A DNA stretch of 57,190 bases from the IMG/VR virus record IMGVR_UViG_3300033183_000017, positions 1 to 57,190 of that record. One strand, written 5' to 3'. The DNA is from a virus. The notes under the pieces are model-generated. The model made no database searches and was not told where the DNA came from. It saw only the letters and a list, made by a program, of their open reading frames with translations. This document shows, piece after piece, positions 23,914 through 30,532 of this stretch. Every line of letters starts with the position of its first letter. The stretch's first letter is position 1. A program made the position numbers and the translations under genes.

Positions 23914-24499
23914 CTCACCTGTAGTAGTAGCCGATAACCTCTTCTCACAATTAGAATACAAGATGATGTTTGACGAGTTCAGACGAATCAAATCCAGAGG
24001 GTTACTGCTAAAAGGTGATGAGACAGGTGGTGCATCTTTAAATGGAGAACCTTTAAGTAACAACGCATCTAGGTTTTTAGATAGCTTATACTCAGAGCGT
24101 TCACTGTCTGATATGCTAACTATAAATCGTAGAATTTTTAGCGAGAGTGTAGTTGCAGGTTTAGCTAAGCTACACCCTTTCTACAAATATATGTATCACG
24201 TCAACGCAGATTCAACGCTTCTTAGTTACTACGATACTCACAACGAATATAAAGATCATCACGATGATGCAATCATCACATGTCTAACTTGGTTTTACGA
24301 AGAGCCTAAGAAGTTTATGGGTGGTGACTTTGTTATAGAGAACGATCTATCTATAGAGTGCAAAGCAAATAGAACTGTGTTTATGCCATCGTATATGATG
24401 CACAAAGTAGACAAAGTTAAGATAGGTCAACCTTATAAGAACAGAGGGTTTGGACGCTATACCATGACACAATTCACATACATCGTACCGAGCAATTAA
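23891..24499 (+). CDS. 2OG-Fe(II) oxygenase (prolyl/lysyl hydroxylase-like)
   Basis: KDHHDD (H-x-D) .. GGDFVIEN .. MMHKV (distal His) .. R. GTG start. Confidence 0.6.
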   Translation: MELKVVNNSPVVVADNLFSQLEYKMMFDEFRRIKSRGLLLKGDETGGASLNGEPLSNNASRFLDSLYSERSLSDMLTINRRIFSESVVAGLAKLHPFYKYMYHVNADSTLLSYYDTHNEYKDHHDDAIITCLTWFYEEPKKFMGGDFVIENDLSIECKANRTVFMPSYMMHKVDKVKIGQPYKNRGFGRYTMTQFTYIVPSN

Positions 24500-24500
24500 A

Positions 24501-24686
24501 ATGTCTAAACCTAAACCAAACAACATGAAACTGTACAACCAAAAGAAAGCAGAAGCTAAGAAGAAGTTTGACGTGTGGCCTAGTGCATATGGATCAGCTT
24601 GGTTGACAAAAGCTTATAAAGCAGCAGGGGGAACTTACAGTGGCACGACAAAGAACAAAGTCAAATCACGTTCTCGTAAGTCGTAG
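24501..24686 (+). CDS. small basic protein, N-terminal half of a normally fused family?
   Basis: Carries the motif FDVWPSAYGSAWLTKAYKAAGGTY. Confidence 0.55.
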   Translation: MSKPKPNNMKLYNQKKAEAKKKFDVWPSAYGSAWLTKAYKAAGGTYSGTTKNKVKSRSRKS

Positions 24687-24912
24687 AAGCTACGCCAAGG
24701 GCGGCTTAGGTAAGTGGTTCGGTGAGGAGTGGACAGATGTTAAAACAGGTAAAGAGTGTGGTAGGTCGTCTGCTAAAGATAGTAAAAGACCTTATCCAGC
24801 GTGTCGTCCCAAAGCGGTGGCGAGTAAGATAAGCAAAAAAGAAGCAGCAAAGAAGACTGGGCCTAAGAAAGTTAAGTGGTCTACAACAGCGTCAGGGAAG
24901 AAGAGAACATGA
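24640..24912 (+). CDS. small basic protein, C-terminal half of the same family? (+1 frame)
   Basis: GLGKWFGEEWTDVKTGKECGRS...YPACRP. A GTG start lies 7 nt after AGGGGGA. Confidence 0.5.
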   Translation: MARQRTKSNHVLVSRRSYAKGGLGKWFGEEWTDVKTGKECGRSSAKDSKRPYPACRPKAVASKISKKEAAKKTGPKKVKWSTTASGKKRT

Positions 24913-25157
24913 AACAGGTTCCAGCAGGAAACAAAGGTTTAGCGAAACTGCCTAAAGAGGTTCGCAATAAAATGGGTTACATGAACAAAGGTGGTATGAG
25001 CATGAAATGTACTTGTGGTAAAGGTGGGATGTGCAACTGCGGTAAGGGCAAAAAGATGGCTTACGGTGGCATGACAAAGAAACCAACTAAGATGAACAAA
25101 GGCGGCTACTGTGGTGCATCTAATCCTGCAGCACGTCCGATGAAAAAAGGTAAATAA
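24909..25157 (+). CDS. small Gly/Lys/Met/Cys-rich basic protein
   Basis: MKQVPAGNKGLAKLPKEVRNKMGYMNKGG... It has an ATGA overlap with the previous stop. The track ORF extends to 24876. Confidence 0.55.
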   Translation: MKQVPAGNKGLAKLPKEVRNKMGYMNKGGMSMKCTCGKGGMCNCGKGKKMAYGGMTKKPTKMNKGGYCGASNPAARPMKKGK

Positions 25158-25408
25158 TGCCCTTCTATAACAAATACAAAAAAGAGTTAGAGAAAGCTGG
25201 CTTTACTGTAGATGATGCAGGTAATGTGTGGGATGCAAGAGGCAACCATGCAGCTTGTGAAGATCGCTTCGGTAATGTCTATGCTAATGATCCTAACATT
25301 ACAGAAATCTGTACAAAAGCAGAAGCATCACTAGCCAATAAAACTAAGGCGGCTGTTAAAAAAGTGACAGCTAAAAAGAAGATCGAAACACTTGAGGATG
25401 GTGACTGA
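25157..25408 (+). CDS. hypothetical protein (83 aa)
   Basis: Track ORF, overlap-coupled. Confidence 0.5.
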   Translation: MPFYNKYKKELEKAGFTVDDAGNVWDARGNHAACEDRFGNVYANDPNITEICTKAEASLANKTKAAVKKVTAKKKIETLEDGD

Positions 25409-25767
25409 TGGCACTAGCTCAGCAGGGTAAACCCGCACGTGTTAAATCCGTTTATGGACATAACACAGGCACAACAGCAGAGACTGTATATACTTGCCCT
25501 GCTAATGCTGTGGCAGAGATTACATTCATTCATGTAGTAAACGGTGGTAGTTCTACTAACAGTGTTGAAGTAGAATGGTATGTAGATGAAGACAACTACA
25601 CATCACATTTCCTCAAAGGTAAATCTATCGGTGCTAGTGACTATGTGAGCTTCAGTAATATTGACCTAGTGCTACAGCCTAGTGACGAGATTCGTGTGAC
25701 ACCTACCAGCGCAGGACACATTGACACAATTCTTACAGTAACGGAAACCTTTGTACCTGTCGGGTAG
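25408..25767 (+). CDS. hypothetical protein (119 aa), beta-rich
   Basis: Track ORF with a TGATG junction to the upstream gene. Confidence 0.55.
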   Translation: MALAQQGKPARVKSVYGHNTGTTAETVYTCPANAVAEITFIHVVNGGSSTNSVEVEWYVDEDNYTSHFLKGKSIGASDYVSFSNIDLVLQPSDEIRVTPTSAGHIDTILTVTETFVPVG

Positions 25768-25845
25768 CGGGTATGCAATAATAGGTACTACTACCTGACC
25801 TACCTCTGAGTATAACTATCCTCCGCATACAACAAGGAGGACGTT

Positions 25846-26019
25846 ATGCTTAATTTAATCAAACGCGCATTTAAGGCTATCGAAGTAGCGCAACAAAAAC
25901 GAGCAGACTATAAACTACTGCAAATGCTAAATGATCGTGAACTACGTGATCTAGGTATTGGTCGCTCACAAATAAGAGAGATTATATATGGCGAGGAATC
26001 TAACAGAGAAGCAAGTTAA
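25846..26019 (+). CDS. DUF1127-type small protein (57 aa)
   Basis: Own translation MLNLIKRAFKAIEVAQQKRADYKLLQMLNDRELRDLGIGRSQIREIIYGEESNREAS. A strong SD AAGGAGG lies 5 nt upstream. L..L.DRELRDLGI.R..I is the DUF1127 signature as I recall it. Confidence 0.65.
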   Translation: MLNLIKRAFKAIEVAQQKRADYKLLQMLNDRELRDLGIGRSQIREIIYGEESNREAS

Positions 26020-26356
26020 GTTTCTTGAAGTATTATTTGATGAGGCTGGCGGTGATGTTGTTGCTGCTAAGAAACTGGCAGGTTACGCACCTGAGTCCAG
26101 CACTACAGCCATTGTGGAATCTTTAAAAGATGAGATTGCAGAAAAGACACGTACTTACTTTGCTCGTAGTGCGCCCAAGGCTGCTATGGCTATGGTTGGC
26201 GCTATATATGATCCTACTGAACTAGGTATCAAAGAGAAGATGGTTGCGGCAAAAGACTTGCTAGATCGTGCAGGTCTTGGTAAGGTAGATAAAGTGGATG
26301 TCACATCAAGTGGTGGCATCTTCTATCTTCCACCCAAAGAAGGTACAAACGAATAA
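25988..26356 (+). CDS. terminase small subunit-like HTH protein
   Basis: LTEKQVKFLEVL....GDVVAAKKLAGY is a TerS-type N-terminal HTH pattern. It sits upstream of TerL. Confidence 0.55.
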   Translation: MARNLTEKQVKFLEVLFDEAGGDVVAAKKLAGYAPESSTTAIVESLKDEIAEKTRTYFARSAPKAAMAMVGAIYDPTELGIKEKMVAAKDLLDRAGLGKVDKVDVTSSGGIFYLPPKEGTNE

Positions 26357-26391
26357 TACAACAACGAGATTTAGGTTATTGGCAGCTACCG

Positions 26392-26769
26392 TTGCCACCT
26401 AAGAACACAGATAAACAGTGGCACACAATAGTCAGGGTAACACCAAAGATACCTTGGGGCTACGAGTTACATCCAGAAAACGACAGGTTGCTTGTACCTG
26501 TTGAGCATGAACTAGAAGCGTTAGAGCTTGCAAAACGTCACCTCAAACAGTACAGTTACCGTGCGGTAGCGCAGTGGTTGAGTAAAGAAACAGGCCGTTA
26601 CATATCTCATATGGGCCTAAAGAAGAGAGTTGAAGTTGAGCAAAAACGTAGAAAAGCACTTGTCATTAAACGCAAGTTTGCCAAGTGGCTCGAAGAAACC
26701 CTTGAGGAAATCGAAAAGCTCGAAACCCAAGGGGTCGGGGCGTACGGAGAATACAACGACGACAGTTGA
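26392..26769 (+). CDS. DNA-binding-like protein (recombinase-domain/HTH-like), unknown role
   Basis: PWGYEL...VPVEHELEALELAKRHL..YSYRAVAQWLSKETG.YISHMGLKKRV. TTG start. Confidence 0.4.
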   Translation: MPPKNTDKQWHTIVRVTPKIPWGYELHPENDRLLVPVEHELEALELAKRHLKQYSYRAVAQWLSKETGRYISHMGLKKRVEVEQKRRKALVIKRKFAKWLEETLEEIEKLETQGVGAYGEYNDDS

Positions 26770-26848
26770 AACAGTCGCTACCCCCAGTGAGACTGTTCCT
26801 GCAAAAGCGGTTGCTCCTGACTTTGACGTGGATGTAGCACAGGATATT

Positions 26849-28231
26849 GTGTTCAAACCAAACCCCGGCCCCCAGACGTTTTTCCTGAGTGCGTCTGAAC
26901 GTGAAGTACTTTACGGTGGGGCAGCAGGTGGAGGCAAATCATATGCGATGCTTGCTGACCCTCTGCATGGCCTGAATGATCCTAACTTCTCTGGTCTACT
27001 TGTACGTCATACTACGGAAGAACTAAGAGAACTAATACAAAAGTCTCAGGAGCTATACCCACGTGCAGTACCCGGTATTAAATGGTCTGAAAGAAAGAGC
27101 CAGTGGACTAGCCCTAAAGGTGGCAGACTGTGGATGTCTTACTTGGATAAAGATACCGATGTTACCCGGTATCAGGGACAGGCTTTTAACTGGATCGGAT
27201 TCGACGAACTTACTCAGTGGTCTAGCCCGTATGCTTGGGATTACATGAGATCACGTTTACGTAGCTCAGCACATCACTTAGGTTTGTATATGAGAGCTAC
27301 TACCAACCCCGGTGGCGCAGGTCACTCATGGGTTAAGAAAATGTTTATTGATCCTGCACAAGCAGGTAAACCATTTTGGGCTACGAATATTGAAACAGGC
27401 GACACGATTACATTCCCTAAAGGACACAGTAAAGAAGGTCAGCCTCTATTTAAGCGTAGATTTATACCTGCGTCTTTGTTCGATAACCCCTACCTCGCGG
27501 ATGCTGGCGACTACGAAGCCATGCTCTTATCACTACCAGAGCATCAACGAAAGCAGTTGCTCGAAGGAAACTGGGACATCAACGAAGGTGCAGCCTTCCC
27601 AGAGTTTGACAGGAATAAGCATGTTATCGAAAGCTTTGACATACCTGAGAATTGGGTTAAGTTCAGGGCTTGTGATTATGGTTATGGTAGCTATACTGGC
27701 GTTTTATGGTTTGCTGTATCCCCTGATGAACAGCTAATCGTATATCGTGAGATGTATGTCTCTAAGGTTACGGCTACAGACTTAGCTGACATGATCTTAG
27801 ATGCAGAGCGTCATGACGGTGGAATGAGATACGGTGTGCTTGACTCATCTTTGTGGCACAACCGTGGCGATACGGGGCCAAGCCTCGCTGAGCAGATGAT
27901 CATGAAAGGTTGTCGTTGGCGTCCTTCAGATCGTTCTCGCGGCTCCCGCATCGCAGGTAAAAACGAAATACACAGACGTTTGCAGGTAGATGAGTTTACC
28001 GAAAAGCCACGTCTAGTATTCATGGACAACTGCACTAACACAATAGCGCAGATACCTAGCATCCCTCTGGATAAACGTAACCCAGAAGATGTAGACACAC
28101 ATGCAGAGGATCACTTGTACGATGCCTTGCGTTACGGTGTCATGACACGCCCACGCAGCAGCGTGTGGGATTTCAACACAGCAACACAACGCACAGGCTT
28201 TCAAGCTAGTGACTCAACATTTGGATATTAA
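26849..28231 (+). CDS. terL: terminase large subunit
   Basis: FKPNPGPQTFFL..LYGGAAGGGKS is Walker A and GFDELTQW is Walker B-like. Nuclease-domain acidic motifs lie toward the C-terminus. The frame is open from 26630, and I favour GTG 26849 (AGGA 4 nt upstream) or GTG 26828. Confidence 0.85.
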   Translation: MFKPNPGPQTFFLSASEREVLYGGAAGGGKSYAMLADPLHGLNDPNFSGLLVRHTTEELRELIQKSQELYPRAVPGIKWSERKSQWTSPKGGRLWMSYLDKDTDVTRYQGQAFNWIGFDELTQWSSPYAWDYMRSRLRSSAHHLGLYMRATTNPGGAGHSWVKKMFIDPAQAGKPFWATNIETGDTITFPKGHSKEGQPLFKRRFIPASLFDNPYLADAGDYEAMLLSLPEHQRKQLLEGNWDINEGAAFPEFDRNKHVIESFDIPENWVKFRACDYGYGSYTGVLWFAVSPDEQLIVYREMYVSKVTATDLADMILDAERHDGGMRYGVLDSSLWHNRGDTGPSLAEQMIMKGCRWRPSDRSRGSRIAGKNEIHRRLQVDEFTEKPRLVFMDNCTNTIAQIPSIPLDKRNPEDVDTHAEDHLYDALRYGVMTRPRSSVWDFNTATQRTGFQASDSTFGY

Positions 28232-28233
28232 GA

Positions 28234-30360
28234 ATGGCAGAACAAGAAGAGATGTTTGAAACAGATGAAGTCATAGCCGCAGAAGACGGTAACGATAGTA
28301 TCTTCAAAGAGAAGTCTAGCGTAGTAGGCTTTGTTCAAGAGCGTTACAAACGTGCTGAAGATGCGCGTTACGCAGATGAGCAACGTTGGCTACGTGCGTA
28401 TAGAAACTATCGCGGCATTTATGGTTCAGACGTACAGTTCACAGACGCAGAAAAGTCACGTGTATTTGTTAAGGTTACTAAGACTAAAACACTTGCAGCA
28501 TACGGACAGATCGTAGACGTACTGTTCGGCAACAACAAGTTTCCTCTATCTGTAAATCCTTCTGTATTACCTGATGGCGTGGCAGAAGCCATGCACATTA
28601 ACCTAGATAAGAATGCTCAAGCTGCAGGTGATGCACTAAACGCAGTCACAGAACAGAAACCTGCTACGCCGTATCTAATTGATGGCAACACAACTCTGCA
28701 GCCCGGTGAGACACTAGCAAGTCTACAGTCTCGTATGGCAGGGTTGAGCGCTAAAGTAGAACCTGTATCTGAAAAGATTGTAGAGGGTGAAGGTACTACC
28801 GCATCTACAGTTACATTCCATCCTGCCATGGTTGCAGCTAAGAAGATGGAAAAGAAGATTCACGATCAGCTACAAGAGAGTGGTGCATCTACACACCTAC
28901 GCTCTATGGCATTCGAGATGGCGCTTATGGGTACTGGTGTGATGAAAGGACCATTCGCACTAGATAAAGAGTATCCTAATTGGAACCAAGAAGGTGAGTA
29001 CGATCCTCTGATCAAAACGGTACCTGAGTGTAGCCATGTATCTGTATGGGACTTCTATCCTGATCCAGAAGCTAAGTCGATGAATGACGCTGAGTACGTA
29101 GTTGAACGTCACAAGATGTCACGTACACAATTACGCTCTTTGAAACAACGTCCTTACTTTATGGATGATGCTATCGAAGAAGCGGTACGTCAAGGTGCTG
29201 ACTATACAGACAAGCACTGGGAACTAACCATGCAGGACGACGACACGCAGCCTAACTCAGAGCGTTGGGAAGTGTTAGAGTTCTGGGGCTACGTAGATGT
29301 AGAACTACTAGAAGAACACGGTGTTAAAATACCGTCAGAACTAAAAGACTTAGACGAAGTAAATTGTAACGTTTGGACATGTAACGGAGAAGTACTACGT
29401 TTCGTACTTAACCCATTTAAACCTACACGCATCCCTTACTACGCAGTACCGTATGAACATAATCCATATAGCTTCTTTGGTGTAGGTATCGCAGAGAACA
29501 TGGATGATACTCAGACGTTGATGAATGGCTTCATGCGTATGGCTATCGACAACGCCGCATTATCAGGGAACTTGATTATTGAGGTGGACGAGACAAACTT
29601 GGTACCGGGTCAAGACTTATCTGTGTACCCCGGAAAGATTTTCCGCCGTCAGGGTGGCGCTCCGGGTCAGGCAATTTTTGGTACAAAGTTTCCTAATGTT
29701 GCAGGTGAAAACATGCAACTATTTGATAAGGCTCGTGTTTTGGCTGACGAGTCTACAGGTTTTCCTAGCTTTGCTCACGGACAGACGGGTGTATCAGGTG
29801 TGGGGCGTACTGCTTCTGGCATTAGTATGCTCATGTCTGCTGCTAATGGCAGCATTCGTACAGTGGTTAAGAATGTTGACGATTATTTGATTCGCCCTCT
29901 AGGTAAAGCATTCTTTGCGTTCAACATGCAGTTTGACTTCGACGAAAATATTCGCGGCGATCTTGAGGTACATGCATCTGGTACAGAAAGCTTAATGGCT
30001 AACGAAGTACGTTCACAACGCTTGATGCAATTCCTACAAGTTGCACAGAACCCAGTGCTTGCACCCTTTGCTAAAATGGATTATATTATCCGTGAGATTG
30101 CTAAGAGTATGGACCTTGATCCTGATAAGGTTACAAACTCTATGGCTGACGCGGCTATCCAAGCAGAGATTCTTAAAGGGTTCCAAGCTCCTGCACCTGA
30201 AGCACAGCAAGGTGTAGCAGGACCAGAGGGACAAAGGCCACAGGGTGTAGCAGATACATCAGGTGGAGGTGGATCGCAGATTGGCGTGGGTACTGCACCA
30301 ACACCGGGCGAACAAGGATTTACAGGTAATGAGCAACCACCTCAAGCAATGGGTCAATAA
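28234..30360 (+). CDS. portal protein
   Basis: 708 aa immediately after TerL. The call rests on size, position and a Gly/Gln-rich C-terminal tail, with no motif-level proof. Confidence 0.7.
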   Translation: MAEQEEMFETDEVIAAEDGNDSIFKEKSSVVGFVQERYKRAEDARYADEQRWLRAYRNYRGIYGSDVQFTDAEKSRVFVKVTKTKTLAAYGQIVDVLFGNNKFPLSVNPSVLPDGVAEAMHINLDKNAQAAGDALNAVTEQKPATPYLIDGNTTLQPGETLASLQSRMAGLSAKVEPVSEKIVEGEGTTASTVTFHPAMVAAKKMEKKIHDQLQESGASTHLRSMAFEMALMGTGVMKGPFALDKEYPNWNQEGEYDPLIKTVPECSHVSVWDFYPDPEAKSMNDAEYVVERHKMSRTQLRSLKQRPYFMDDAIEEAVRQGADYTDKHWELTMQDDDTQPNSERWEVLEFWGYVDVELLEEHGVKIPSELKDLDEVNCNVWTCNGEVLRFVLNPFKPTRIPYYAVPYEHNPYSFFGVGIAENMDDTQTLMNGFMRMAIDNAALSGNLIIEVDETNLVPGQDLSVYPGKIFRRQGGAPGQAIFGTKFPNVAGENMQLFDKARVLADESTGFPSFAHGQTGVSGVGRTASGISMLMSAANGSIRTVVKNVDDYLIRPLGKAFFAFNMQFDFDENIRGDLEVHASGTESLMANEVRSQRLMQFLQVAQNPVLAPFAKMDYIIREIAKSMDLDPDKVTNSMADAAIQAEILKGFQAPAPEAQQGVAGPEGQRPQGVADTSGGGGSQIGVGTAPTPGEQGFTGNEQPPQAMGQ

Positions 30361-30370
30361 CAAAGACTTT

Positions 30371-30532
30371 ATGGATGCGTTTAAGGAACACTTAGACGAC
30401 TTGATTTACCTACAACATAAACAGATGGAACAGGCAACAGAACCTGCCGTGTTCTACAGAGCGCAGGGGGCAGTGTCTACTCTGCGCAAACTAAAGTTAC
30501 TCAGGGAGACAGTAAATGGTGGACAAGCTTAA
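30371..30532 (+). CDS. small hypothetical protein (53 aa)
   Basis: MDAFKEHLDDLIYLQHKQ... begins 11 nt after the portal stop. The track ORF upstream of that overlaps portal. Confidence 0.4.
   Translation: MDAFKEHLDDLIYLQHKQMEQATEPAVFYRAQGAVSTLRKLKLLRETVNGGQA

Noticed and set aside
25788-25816. GAGTATAACT at 25808..25817 as another member of the promoter family upstream of the DUF1127 gene
   Set aside because: The -10-like TATAAC is present, but no TTGAC-like hexamer lies 16-17 nt upstream (CTACTA/TACTAC). I did not call it a promoter.
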